Assembly: GCA_039817415.1 (NCBI GenBank)
Contig: JBCBVV010000006.1
Location: 19,065 to 83,064, forward strand
DNA: 64,000 bases
Source of the DNA: Bacteroidota bacterium
GTDB lineage: Bacteria > Bacteroidota > Bacteroidia > J057
Direction: 5' to 3'
Shown here: positions 8,172 to 18,120 of the stretch, piece by piece
Layout: each line of letters starts with the position of its first letter
How positions within the stretch are numbered: position 1 is the first letter of the stretch
Notes under the pieces: model-generated
The model's input: the letters and a program-made list of their open reading frames with translations, nothing else
The model's database searches: none
What the model was told of the DNA's origin: nothing
Program-made: the position numbers and the translations under genes

Positions 8172-9992
8172 TTATTTCTTAAGCATATTTACGGAACGAT
8201 GGATAAAGTCCGTTAGGTCCTTACCTGTTAGCATACCTTGTCCCAACAGCGCCAGATCCAATAGCTCCTTCACCAAGTCTGGATTTGCATCCTTGTCCAC
8301 CATTTCTTGAATAATAGGGTGCTGAGTGTTGACAACTACGTTAACAGAATCAGGCATTTCACGCATAAAGTCCTGACCCCCAACTGAAGCCATTTCCTTC
8401 ATTCTACGCATGAATTCAGGGCGAGTGATCAATACTGGCAGTTGTTCCTCTCCAAGTTTATTAAGCTGGATGGCCCATGATTTCCCTTCAATAGCTTGCT
8501 GGAAGGCTTCTTTTACTTGATTTTCCTGCTCCTCAGTCAAAATCAGCCCCTCATCCTTTGCCTCGTCCTCCTTGGTAATGAGTTTGTCAACTGTATCACT
8601 ATCGACACGAACAAAACGAACTTTTTCCATTTTGCGTTCGAGGTTATCGATGTAGTGGTTGTCCACGACGCTGTCCATGTTCAAGATGTCATAGCCTTTG
8701 GCTTCTGCCGCACGGATAAACATGTCTTGATCATCCTTATTGGTGGTGTAGAGAATTACGAGATTTTCATCTTTATCAGTCTGCTTCTCGGCAATCTTCT
8801 CCTTGTATTCTTCGAAAGTGAAGAAGTTGTCATCTACATTTTTGTATAAGGCAAATTTTTCAGCCTTTTCGAAGAACTTTTCATCCGTAACCATTCCGTA
8901 TTTCACGAAAATGTTGATGTCCTGCCACTTCTCTTCGAATTTTCCTCTGTCCTCGCGGAAAATCTCAAGTAGCTTATCTCCAACCTTTCTGGTGATATAA
9001 TTGGAGATCTTCTTCACATTTGGATCTCCCTGTAGATAGGAGCGAGAAACGTTCAGAGGGATATCCGGTGAATCAATTACCCCTTGAAGCAACATCAGGT
9101 AATCAGGAACAATCTGATTTACCTCATCGGTAATGAATACCTGTCGAGAAAACAGCTTGATGTTGTTACGCTTGGGATCTATGTCATTTCTGATCTTGGG
9201 GAAATACAATACCCCTGTCAGGTTGAATGGAAAGTCTACATTGAGGTGAATCCAGAAAAGGGGTTCTGCATCCATCGGATACAACTCTCTGAAGAAATCC
9301 TGGTAATCCTTATCCTCTAGTTCATTGGGTGTTTTTCGCCAGATTGGATTAGGGTTGTTGATGACTTCGTCTTCAAACTGGATTTCTACAGGGAGGAACT
9401 TGGCATATTTATCCAAGATGGTGCGAATGCGGATATTTTCCAGGTATTCATCTGCATCCTCAGAGACATGAAGAATCACATCGGTTCCACGTCCTTCTCT
9501 TTCGGAAGGTTCTAGGGAGAATTCGATGCTCCCGTCATTGATCCACCTTACTGCCTCGCTGTCGGCCTGGAAGGACTTGGAGACCACTTCTACTTTGTCG
9601 GCAACCATAAAGGCGGAGTAGAATCCCAAGCCAAATTTACCGATGATGTCTCCTTGTTCTCCAGCGTCCTGGTATTTCTTAATGAACTCTTCTGCTCCAG
9701 AGAAGGCTACTACATTCAGGTACTTCTTGATTTCATCTCCGGTCATGCCAAGGCCTGTGTCAGAGATGGTAATGGTCCTTGCCTCTTTGTCAACAGCTAC
9801 GCTGACTTTGAGTTCCCCTAGTTCGTCCTGAAATTCTCCTGTACGGGATAGGTGTTTTAGTTTTTGAATGGCATCAACTGCATTAGAAACCAATTCTCTC
9901 AAAAAGATCTCCTGATCAGAATACAGCGAGCGCTTGATGATGGGAAATATATTTTCCGTGCTTACCGAGATGTTGCCCTTTTCCATGTTCAT
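8172..9992 (-). CDS. htpG: Molecular chaperone HtpG (Hsp90)
   Basis: A GHKL ATPase N-terminus (IFLRELVSNAVDA, DTGLGMT, GKFGLGFYSAF) over the full 606-aa length. Confidence 0.95.
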   Translation of the reverse strand: MNMEKGNISVSTENIFPIIKRSLYSDQEIFLRELVSNAVDAIQKLKHLSRTGEFQDELGELKVSVAVDKEARTITISDTGLGMTGDEIKKYLNVVAFSGAEEFIKKYQDAGEQGDIIGKFGLGFYSAFMVADKVEVVSKSFQADSEAVRWINDGSIEFSLEPSEREGRGTDVILHVSEDADEYLENIRIRTILDKYAKFLPVEIQFEDEVINNPNPIWRKTPNELEDKDYQDFFRELYPMDAEPLFWIHLNVDFPFNLTGVLYFPKIRNDIDPKRNNIKLFSRQVFITDEVNQIVPDYLMLLQGVIDSPDIPLNVSRSYLQGDPNVKKISNYITRKVGDKLLEIFREDRGKFEEKWQDINIFVKYGMVTDEKFFEKAEKFALYKNVDDNFFTFEEYKEKIAEKQTDKDENLVILYTTNKDDQDMFIRAAEAKGYDILNMDSVVDNHYIDNLERKMEKVRFVRVDSDTVDKLITKEDEAKDEGLILTEEQENQVKEAFQQAIEGKSWAIQLNKLGEEQLPVLITRPEFMRRMKEMASVGGQDFMREMPDSVNVVVNTQHPIIQEMVDKDANPDLVKELLDLALLGQGMLTGKDLTDFIHRSVNMLKK

Positions 9993-10122
9993 TGGGTAGT
10001 TATGTCTTCTTTTGGATAGGGCAAAGCAAAGACAAGGCCTTTTGCCAGCAAAATGACAAAATGGCAGAATCTTACCAATATTGGGGTACTTCTCTTATCT
10101 TCTAGCTAAAGCTATTCTACCT

Positions 10123-10371
10123 ATGAAAAACAATCGAATCTGCCCCAAATGCCGCTCTCAGGAAATATTGGTTACAAAAAGATCTGGGGGAGCTGGCCTC
10201 ATGTTACCAGTTTGGCCTTATAAAACTATTCCCACCATCGTTCTTGCCTGCACCAGCTGTGGGTATTGTGAGGAATGGATCCAAGATACCAATCAACTCA
10301 AAAATGCCCGTGATTATAAGAAGACTTACAGAGAGAAGTTAATGGCCTACCGACAAAAAATAGGCCTATAA
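10123..10371 (+). CDS. Small zinc-ribbon protein (hypothetical)
   Basis: CPKC...CTSCGYC forms a CxxC/CxxC pair. The ATG at 10123 is preferred over the TTG at 10081. Confidence 0.5.
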   Translation: MKNNRICPKCRSQEILVTKRSGGAGLMLPVWPYKTIPTIVLACTSCGYCEEWIQDTNQLKNARDYKKTYREKLMAYRQKIGL

Positions 10372-10671
10372 AATTGGGCGGTATGATTAGGACCGCCCAG
10401 CTGGAAACAATTTGCAACCTGAATTGAGGTTCAGGAGGTTTAACATGAAAATGTTGGGGTTTAAACGTTTAAGATTTAGACCCATTACGAAACAAAGGTC
10501 ACTCCTTCTCCAGGTATTCATTCTTGGCAGGTAGAACGGATAGTTTTTGCCTGATGCACAGGCATTAGAAAATATGGCAGAATAAATATATCATATCAAA
10601 GTTTCCTCTTTGGAAAACTTATGCTTTTCCTTAATTTAAAATAACTAAGAACAAAAAGACTACTTAAATTC

Positions 10672-12219
10672 ATGCTTGTACCCAGCCTTCTTCTTAAGCA
10701 GCTGTACACATTCGGCAGCCTTAAAAACACCAACTCAGGGGTTTCTTTTTCATTGAAAAACCGCCTGAGTGACGCTACCCTTACAGGATTTAATGGGCTT
10801 AGTATTTCCGGTCAGGAAGTACCCATGGACCAGATCAAAATCATGATGGCCAATGGCACTTCTCTTTCGCCAGCAGAAATCAATCAAGGCAATCCGCTTG
10901 ACTTTCCTCTCCGTGAAGTCGTTGATATACACGCTAATATATCGCCACTCCCTATAGGCAAACATGAATTGAAGGTTAATTTTGATGCTAAGCCCTTTGG
11001 AAAGCTTAACCTCAAAGTAGAAGGAGCCATTCAAGAGAAGCAGGACAATAGAGTAGTCATTCCTCGTTCCAATGCAGACGACTACAGCGACGAAATCATC
11101 AAGATTAGACAGAAATTTGTTGAGGAGTTTACCGGTCAAAAGTTGGATCACATCAAGCATTATTCTTTCGATCCACATATCACCCAAGGTAACTGTGAGG
11201 CCTTCACAGGTGTAGCTCAGATACCCATTGGCTTTGCCGGTCCTTTGCAAATTCATGGAGAGCACGCTCAAGGAGAATTTTTGGTCCCATTGGCTACAAC
11301 AGAAGGTACACTTGTCGCTTCCTACAACAGAGGAATCAAGCTGCTCAATGCATGTGGTGGGGTTAAGTGTAGCGTTGTAGACGACGCTATGCAACGAGCT
11401 CCGGTATTCGTGATGGAAGATGCACGTGCGGCAAGAGACTTTGTGAAATGGGTAAGAGAGCACGAAAGAGAAATTGCAGAGCAGGCAGAATCTACCACTT
11501 CAGTAGGTAAACTTTCCTATATCGACGATTACTTGGCCAGTAAGTTTGCTTACCTCCGCTTCAACTTCTACACAGGAGATGCAGCCGGTCAAAACATGGT
11601 TGGACGAGCTACTTTCAAGGCCTGTAGCTGGATCCTTGACAACTACAAGGAAAATCCATTCAAGAACTTCTACCTTGAATCCAACCTCGCAACAGATAAA
11701 AAGGCCTCTCAGGTAAACGTAATGCATACCCGTGGTAAGCGTGTAATTGCAGAATGTACCATCAAAAGAAGTATTCTAGAGCAGTTCATGCGTGTAGATA
11801 CCAAGACACTTGCCTACCACACAAAAGTAGCCAATGTGGGTACCATCCTTTCTGGTGCCAATAACAATGGTTTGCACTCAGCCAACTGTATCACCGCTAT
11901 GTTTATCGCTACAGGACAGGATGTAGCCAACGTAGCCGAGTCTTCTGCAGGTATTTTGTATCTGGAATTGACCGAGGAGAATGATCTATATTGCTCCATT
12001 ACCATCCCTTCTTTGATCGTGGCAACCTATGGTGGGGGGACCAGTTTGGCCACCCAAAAGGAATGTTTAGACCTTTTAGGCTGCTATGGCAAAGGAAAAG
12101 TCAAAAAATTTGCCGAGATTGTAGCTGGAGCCGTATTAGCTGGAGAACTTTCACTTGGATCAGCTATCTCCTCATCAGACTGGGTATCCAGCCACGAAGA
12201 GTACGGTCGCAACCGATAA
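10672..12219 (+). CDS. Hydroxymethylglutaryl-CoA reductase (class I-type catalytic domain with an extra N-terminal domain of about 130 aa)
   Basis: Catalytic motifs LVPLATTEGTLVASYNRG, GDAAGQNMV and ATGQD are present, with a C-terminal SSHEEYGRN region. Confidence 0.9.
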   Translation: MLVPSLLLKQLYTFGSLKNTNSGVSFSLKNRLSDATLTGFNGLSISGQEVPMDQIKIMMANGTSLSPAEINQGNPLDFPLREVVDIHANISPLPIGKHELKVNFDAKPFGKLNLKVEGAIQEKQDNRVVIPRSNADDYSDEIIKIRQKFVEEFTGQKLDHIKHYSFDPHITQGNCEAFTGVAQIPIGFAGPLQIHGEHAQGEFLVPLATTEGTLVASYNRGIKLLNACGGVKCSVVDDAMQRAPVFVMEDARAARDFVKWVREHEREIAEQAESTTSVGKLSYIDDYLASKFAYLRFNFYTGDAAGQNMVGRATFKACSWILDNYKENPFKNFYLESNLATDKKASQVNVMHTRGKRVIAECTIKRSILEQFMRVDTKTLAYHTKVANVGTILSGANNNGLHSANCITAMFIATGQDVANVAESSAGILYLELTEENDLYCSITIPSLIVATYGGGTSLATQKECLDLLGCYGKGKVKKFAEIVAGAVLAGELSLGSAISSSDWVSSHEEYGRNR

Positions 12220-12266
12220 CACGACAGTACACTACTATTACTACTATTATTAACTACTATGGTAGA

Positions 12267-12292
12267 AGCGGTGCCTCTGGCACCGCTTTTTT
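12267..12292 (+). terminator. Intrinsic terminator after the HMG-CoA reductase gene
   Basis: AGCGGTGCC-TCT-GGCACCGCT followed by TTTTTT. Confidence 0.8.
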
Positions 12293-12369
12293 ATTTCACC
12301 TGACAGGTATAACCTTCCCCGCTAAAATTCGTTATCTTTGCCAACTGACTGAGAACAGGACGGATAGAT

Positions 12370-13683
12370 ATGCAGACGGTATCATTTTATACACTAGGAT
12401 GTAAGCTCAATTTTTCAGAGACATCAGCTATTGGAAGACAGTTTATCCAAGCAGGCTTCCAAAAGACCGAATTTTCTGAAGGGGCAGATGTATGTATTGT
12501 GAATACCTGCTCTGTTACCGCTGAGGCCAATAAGAAATGCCGAAAAATCATCAAGCAAGCGCTTAAGCTAAATCCTGATACCTATGTCATCGTAATTGGA
12601 TGCTATGCCCAGTTGAAGCCGAAGGAAATTTCTGATATTCCTGGCGTCGATATGGTACTGGGGGCAGGTGACAAATTCCGCATTCTTGAGCTTGTTTCTG
12701 ATTTTACCAAGGAAAAAAATCCTTGTGTTTATAACAGCCAGATCAAAGAAGTAGATGGTTTTGTAGATGCTTATTCTCTGGGAGATCGCACCCGTACTTT
12801 CCTAAAAATTCAAGATGGTTGCGATTACAAGTGCACCTTTTGCACCATTCCCCTTGCAAGAGGGAAAAGCCGTTCTGATACGCTCGAAAACATTGTAAGA
12901 AATGCAGAGCAAATAGCGGAGGCTGGTGTCAAAGAAATTGTTCTTACAGGCGTCAATATTGGCGACTACGGAAAAGGAATTGAAGGCGAGCATACTTTTT
13001 TGGACGTTATCCAAGCCTTGGACGAAGTAGAGGGCATCGATCGATTCCGCATATCCTCTATAGAACCCAACCTCTGCCATGACGATATCATTGCCTTTGT
13101 GGCTCAGTCCAAACGATTCATGCCTCATTTCCACATGCCGCTACAATCCGGCAGCAACGAAATGCTAGGCTTGATGCGTAGGCGTTACAAGCGCGAATTG
13201 TATGCAGAGAGAGTCTCAAAAATCAAGGAATTGATGCCTCATGCCTGTATTGGTGTGGATGTCATCGTAGGTTTCCCCGGCGAGACAGAAGCCCATATGG
13301 ACGAGACATATATCTTCTTAAATGATTTGGACATAAGTTACCTCCATGTCTTCACCTACTCCGAGAGAGAAAATACCCTTGCTGCCGATATGCCAGGCAA
13401 GGTTCCTGTAAAAGTTCGCCATGAGCGCAATGCAAGGCTTCGTATGCTTTCGGATAAGAAGAGAAGGTATTTCTATGAACAACACCTAGGTGAGGAAAGG
13501 CCGATTCTTTTTGAAGGAAAAAAGGAAGAGGATTCCATGCATGGATTTACGGACAATTACATCAAGGTCATCCTTCCCTTTGACCAGGAGCTTGTCAATC
13601 AAACGGCCATTTTCTCCTTAAAGGAAGTCAACCATCGTGGCCAAATGGAATTAGCTGCTAGAGCTGGTCAGCTTCTTAGATGA
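12370..13683 (+). CDS. mtaB: tRNA methylthiotransferase, MtaB-like radical SAM enzyme
   Basis: The UPF0004 N-terminus reads SFYTLGCKLNFSETS with a later NTCSVT. The radical SAM motif is CDYKCTFCTIP. A TRAM-like C-terminus is present. Confidence 0.85.
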   Translation: MQTVSFYTLGCKLNFSETSAIGRQFIQAGFQKTEFSEGADVCIVNTCSVTAEANKKCRKIIKQALKLNPDTYVIVIGCYAQLKPKEISDIPGVDMVLGAGDKFRILELVSDFTKEKNPCVYNSQIKEVDGFVDAYSLGDRTRTFLKIQDGCDYKCTFCTIPLARGKSRSDTLENIVRNAEQIAEAGVKEIVLTGVNIGDYGKGIEGEHTFLDVIQALDEVEGIDRFRISSIEPNLCHDDIIAFVAQSKRFMPHFHMPLQSGSNEMLGLMRRRYKRELYAERVSKIKELMPHACIGVDVIVGFPGETEAHMDETYIFLNDLDISYLHVFTYSERENTLAADMPGKVPVKVRHERNARLRMLSDKKRRYFYEQHLGEERPILFEGKKEEDSMHGFTDNYIKVILPFDQELVNQTAIFSLKEVNHRGQMELAARAGQLLR

Positions 13684-14337
13684 GATACGTCCTGGACGGT
13701 AGGTTATAGAAGCAATCAAATCAGGCTCATCTGACTTAAACCTAAAAGGTCCTTTGTTGATTTCGTATGGATTGGCAACCCCATCGCCCATACCTGTACC
13801 AGCAGACCTAGCCGAAAAACCTCTTGTCTGCTGAAACTGTGGCTGCATGTGAACGGTCGACTCTATAAAGAATCCTATTTCAATTGTTCCACACCTATCG
13901 GCTGCTGCCCCCTCAAAAATCTGAGGGAATCTCTCCGCCAACACACTCTGCTCAGGTCCCACACAACGAAACTTTTGAACCTCCTTGGCACTCAGCATCC
14001 AGCCAATGATTTCATCTTCCTGAATATCTACTGTTGGCTCTGCAAACCACACAAAGCCTCCTGCACGACCTCTACTTGGACTTATCTTATCCCATTCCAG
14101 CCATTGCATGGTGCCTATATTTACCCCATCGACACAAACAATCAAGTAAATTCTTGGTGTTGGTCGGTTGAGTGTGGTAGGGGTATTCGGATTTCTTAAG
14201 CGAATGGCGTATTGGCTGCCTTTGGGAACGGCTATCCATTCCTTCCCTTTTCTCCTGCGGCGGGGATAGGCTTCACCCTGCTCGTCAATCAAATCTATGC
14301 TGATGGGTTTGGGAAAAGAAGGGAAGTGGAAATCCAT
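13651..14337 (-). CDS. Hypothetical protein
   Basis: About 228 aa counted from Met25 of the 252-aa ORF, with no recognisable motif. Its 3' end overlaps the convergent mtaB 3' end by 33 nt. Confidence 0.45.
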   Translation of the reverse strand: MDFHFPSFPKPISIDLIDEQGEAYPRRRRKGKEWIAVPKGSQYAIRLRNPNTPTTLNRPTPRIYLIVCVDGVNIGTMQWLEWDKISPSRGRAGGFVWFAEPTVDIQEDEIIGWMLSAKEVQKFRCVGPEQSVLAERFPQIFEGAAADRCGTIEIGFFIESTVHMQPQFQQTRGFSARSAGTGMGDGVANPYEINKGPFRFKSDEPDLIASITYRPGRISSKKLTSSSS

Positions 14338-14504
14338 AATACGTTTTTTCAAAGGTAAAGGAATAAGAGAACGAAAAATTGGTGAGCTTCTTATCTTCTC
14401 ACATTTCAATTTCTATATCTAATATACCCAATTTTGACGACGAATAGCACAGGAAGTTGCTCCCAAATCTAATTTCTTTTCCCTTACAATTGTCTCTCAG
14501 AGAC

Positions 14505-15920
14505 TTACAATGTTTTCAGGTATTCCAATACTGCTTTGCGCTCTCTTTCACTCAGTCGATCTCCAAAATAGTGCCCCATATTTCCACTTCCAGGTTGCGT
14601 GGTATCATAGGTCCATTCTCCTTTTCCATTGTTCCTTTCCGTATAGTTCCAGCCTACATTTTCTGGGTCGTAGTCATGGCTATCTCCACTTCTCTCCCAA
14701 TAAGCAGGTCTCTTTTTGCTATCCAGCAAGGCATACAAGGTGGGTACAGAGCCATTATGGAGATAGGGAGCAGTTGCCCATATACCGTCAAGAGGAGGCG
14801 CCATGTAGCCGTAGGAAGGCTTCCCATCGGTTTGAGGGCCACTATTTTTGAACCAGCTACGATTGAACCAGTCAAAGAGCGGCGTGTTCATGTTGTACAA
14901 GGCGTAAGCGTCATCAGTTTGTATTTTCGAAATGGGGATGATGCGGTTAGGATAGGATTCATGATCCGCTTCATAGGTCCCATGACACTTGCTACAATTG
15001 GTTAGGAACACTTCCTGCCCTTCCAAGGCCAACTTTTGATCAATATCCCAAGGGTAAGCAGGTGGTTCAATTTGGTTGATCCAAGCGATCACATCTTTAA
15101 AGTTTCGCTGAATTTGCCTGGCCTGGGTGCTGTCATGCATTCCCAACATCGTAACCTGCATCAAAAGCTTGGTATAGTCCCCCCTTCCCACGCCTGTGTA
15201 GTAGAGGGCTTCTTTCTTCTGCAAATGCCAAAGGGCAGGTACATCCGTACCGATGGAGGGTTTATCCAATTTAAAGGAAGGATCCTTTCGAAAAGTTAGG
15301 TCATTAGGGTTTCTGTAGGCCGCTGTAGCTTCCTCCAACCTAAAAGCAGGATTCAGGCCAGGATTGGGCATGACCGTCGCAGCAGCAATGGCTTCAAACC
15401 ATTTTCCCTGCTCTTCATAAATTTCCCATTCCCTAGAATTCTTACCGTACTTATTTTTTACAAGGAAGTTAAAGCCCTGCATCATCCTTTTCATGGAACG
15501 GGTATAATCGCTGAAACTATTTCCTAAGCCCAACACAACCTTCCCATTGAGCCGCTGTGAGTGGCAGGTAAAACAATTGCCATTTACCACAACTTGCCCC
15601 GGCTCCACTTCAAAAGCAGTGCTGGTGTAAGGTAAGGAGGCATTCAGCCCTTCACGATATGTAATCGTATCAGGTGCGGTTCCAAAAAACTTCTTGTTGA
15701 CCTCCCAGGGAATTCCATTGCCAACCATTCCTCCTGTCGTCATGTACCGAAATCCAGCTTCTGGATCACCTGTACTGTCTTGTGGATAGGGAGTAACCTT
15801 AAAAACCCGCTCAAGACCTGCGAAGGACGAACTCGCCTTCCTGGTGGAACGGCAGGAAACAAGAATTATGATCAACAATAGGATGAACCAACGGAAGAAT
15901 TTTGATAAAGTGCTGAACAT
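14505..15920 (-). CDS. Di-haem c-type cytochrome lipoprotein (CCP/MauG- or DUF1111-like oxidoreductase)
   Basis: Two CxxCH motifs are present (CFTCH and CSKCH). The lipoprotein signal is MFSTLSKFFRWFILLLIIILVSC, with the start set at the ATG at 15920. Confidence 0.7.
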   Translation of the reverse strand: MFSTLSKFFRWFILLLIIILVSCRSTRKASSSFAGLERVFKVTPYPQDSTGDPEAGFRYMTTGGMVGNGIPWEVNKKFFGTAPDTITYREGLNASLPYTSTAFEVEPGQVVVNGNCFTCHSQRLNGKVVLGLGNSFSDYTRSMKRMMQGFNFLVKNKYGKNSREWEIYEEQGKWFEAIAAATVMPNPGLNPAFRLEEATAAYRNPNDLTFRKDPSFKLDKPSIGTDVPALWHLQKKEALYYTGVGRGDYTKLLMQVTMLGMHDSTQARQIQRNFKDVIAWINQIEPPAYPWDIDQKLALEGQEVFLTNCSKCHGTYEADHESYPNRIIPISKIQTDDAYALYNMNTPLFDWFNRSWFKNSGPQTDGKPSYGYMAPPLDGIWATAPYLHNGSVPTLYALLDSKKRPAYWERSGDSHDYDPENVGWNYTERNNGKGEWTYDTTQPGSGNMGHYFGDRLSERERKAVLEYLKTL

Positions 15921-15992
15921 GAAATTAACTGGTAAATAATCTGATGCAGACATAACCATGCTAAGAGCTGCTAGGTTCAAATTGAATGACAA

Positions 15993-16358
15993 TTATTCTC
16001 CTCTCAATCTTTTTAGTTCCTCCTTTTCAGCCTTTTTTAATTTTGACGCCACCAACTCATAACTATGATCTACCAGGGAAAGAACCAGTTCAGAAGAAAG
16101 ATTCCCAGCCAATTCTACCTGATTCCAGTGCTTCTTGTTCATGTGAAAAGCACCTTCAATCATTCCTGGATGATGCTCTCGTAGTTCGAGTGCATAATCT
16201 GGATCACATTTAAGGGCAATAGTCGTTCGTTTTTCTAGGGGAACAAGGGCATACATTTTTCCCATGACTTTAAAGACAAGGGTTTCTTCGTCAAAAGGAA
16301 AGCTCTCTGTGGTTCCGGCTTTGGACAGGCAATAGCTTCTCAGGTCTTCAATGTTCAT
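15993..16358 (-). CDS. MmcQ/YjbR-family protein
   Basis: The N-terminus LRSYCLSKAGTTESFPFDEETLVFKVMGKMYAL is typical of the YjbR family. The protein is 121 aa. Confidence 0.7.
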   Translation of the reverse strand: MNIEDLRSYCLSKAGTTESFPFDEETLVFKVMGKMYALVPLEKRTTIALKCDPDYALELREHHPGMIEGAFHMNKKHWNQVELAGNLSSELVLSLVDHSYELVASKLKKAEKEELKRLRGE

Positions 16359-16473
16359 GATGAAGAGATTAAGGATAAATCGGAAAGGATGTTGCCGTCA
16401 GCTGAAATTAGGACTAAGAATCGGAAAAGTAAAAACCGATTTTATAAATGGGGAGGTGAAATAAGAGGTTTGT

Positions 16474-16968
16474 TTAAGACTTCACGTGGACTTGCCCAAT
16501 TTTCGGATCTTCTAATCTGTGGATAGGCAATGAATACTCCGACATGGGGCTTTCTTCAAGGAGAATAGCACCATTGATCAGAATAAGCATTTCTTGTGAT
16601 ACTGCCCTAATGTCGTCTTTGGAGAAAATGTGATTGAGATAATTGATTCGAAGCCCAATGCTAAGAGAGGAAATCTTTTTGGCTGGAATAAAGAATTCAA
16701 AGCGTCCTTCCTCATCGGTCATTTTGCTGGTAAGGGCTAGGTCTCCACTTCTTACCATGACATTCGCATTGCTTACAGGTCGCTGACTGGATTGTTCAAT
16801 AATCTGACCTGCAATCCTTACAATGGTTTCATTGGGGTCGTAGGTTGATTCATCCACCAAATCCGAAGGAGTGATGTGGGCATATCCCAGATGAAAGGCT
16901 GTGGGAGCCAAGAAAAAAAACAAAAACCAGAACCACCTGGCGGGGGTGGGAGAGTCGATGTGTGCCAT
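16474..16968 (-). CDS. Secreted CarboxypepD_reg-like domain protein
   Basis: The start is set at Met32 and is followed by the hydrophobic signal WFWFLFFFLAPTAF. The sequence GQIIEQSSQRPVSNANVMVRSGDLALTSKMTDEEGRFEF is a carboxypeptidase-regulatory-like beta-sandwich pattern. Confidence 0.55.
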   Translation of the reverse strand: MAHIDSPTPARWFWFLFFFLAPTAFHLGYAHITPSDLVDESTYDPNETIVRIAGQIIEQSSQRPVSNANVMVRSGDLALTSKMTDEEGRFEFFIPAKKISSLSIGLRINYLNHIFSKDDIRAVSQEMLILINGAILLEESPMSEYSLPIHRLEDPKIGQVHVKS

Positions 16969-17287
16969 GTCAACGGGAGCTTTACCTAGAGACCAATTAA
17001 TCGCGGAGAAGTTGCTACTCCACTCAGTGGAAAATTGTAGGAATACATGGCATACTTGCAAAAAAATAAAGGAGAGATTATTTCATTGATCTCACCCCCA
17101 TTTCCTGTACCTCCAGATCCTTCAACCCACTTAATAGCTTATGTACCTTGCTATCCGCACAAAAGTTACAGAGAATAGCCTCTTAGGGGGGTTGAAAAAT
17201 GTAAAGAAATGTAAAAGTAGGGATTTAGCAGCTTTCACTATATAGAAAAAGGGAAATACCAAAAGGCCCACAAAAACACAACCCTCT

Positions 17288-17884
17288 CTATATCAACACA
17301 ATACCTGCTTTTTTCATTTCTTCAAAGGATTTTTGAGTATCCTCAGCTTGTAAGTTTACTCCCTTAGTCCCTTCCTTATATACGCTGGTATGGAATCCCT
17401 CTGATTTGGCGTCTAGGGCCGTGAATTTTACACAATAGTCTGCCGCTAGCCCAACCACATGTACTTCCTTTACTCCTTCAGCTCTTAAATAATCTGATAA
17501 TCCCGTCGATTTCCGTTTACCGTTGTCAAAGAATCCACTGTAAGAATCAATCTTGGGGTCGGTGCCTTTGGGGAATATCTTCTTGACCCGACTCATATCT
17601 AGACTCGCTACAAAGTCAGCTCCGGGTTTTCCCTGTACACAATGAACTGGCCACAGTACCTGGTCAAGTCCATGAAGGTCTATGATCTCTCCTGCTTTCC
17701 CAGTAGGATGATTCGCAGCAAAACTGCCATGATCCGCAGGATGAAAATCCTGTGTAGCTACAATCAATTCAAAATCCTTCTGCAATTCATTCACAAAAGG
17801 AATAATCTGATCACCATCCTTGACGGCCAAAGCGCCACCTGGAACAAAGTCATTTTGGATATCTACGAGGATGAGGGCTTTCAT
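17288..17884 (-). CDS. pncA: Nicotinamidase/pyrazinamidase
   Basis: Motifs MKALILVDIQNDFVPGGALAV, ATQDFHPADHGSF and GLAADYCV (catalytic Cys) are present. Confidence 0.9.
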   Translation of the reverse strand: MKALILVDIQNDFVPGGALAVKDGDQIIPFVNELQKDFELIVATQDFHPADHGSFAANHPTGKAGEIIDLHGLDQVLWPVHCVQGKPGADFVASLDMSRVKKIFPKGTDPKIDSYSGFFDNGKRKSTGLSDYLRAEGVKEVHVVGLAADYCVKFTALDAKSEGFHTSVYKEGTKGVNLQAEDTQKSFEEMKKAGIVLI

Positions 17885-18120
17885 ATTTATAATTTGTGTA
17901 AATTTTACAATATTTATTTAATGAACGAAAAAATGGATTTAGGGTTGTTAAAATGAAAAAAAACTTCCCCTTGGTAAGATTTTTTGAATTGAACCGACAT
18001 ATTATTTGAATGGAATCGCGAAAAGTCTGGTAAAGGCTTTCAGAATTTATAAATTTGAACTTCTTTCCCAATCTAATGGCCTTTTTACAAGGCATTTAGA
18101 TCTCAACATAAGAAATCACC

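Noticed and set aside
10750-11463. The 237-aa minus-strand ORF antisense to HMG-CoA reductase
   Set aside because: The plus-strand frame has unambiguous HMGR catalytic motifs. The antisense product has no features and an odd composition.
12229-12262. The short ACTACTATT-type tandem repeat after the HMGR stop
   Set aside because: There are only about 2-3 imperfect copies, located in a 3' UTR just before the terminator. That is too short to call a repeat element.
14457-15005. The 182-aa plus-strand ORF antisense to the cytochrome c gene
   Set aside because: The minus-strand frame carries the CxxCH motifs and a lipoprotein signal, so the plus-strand ORF is a shadow.
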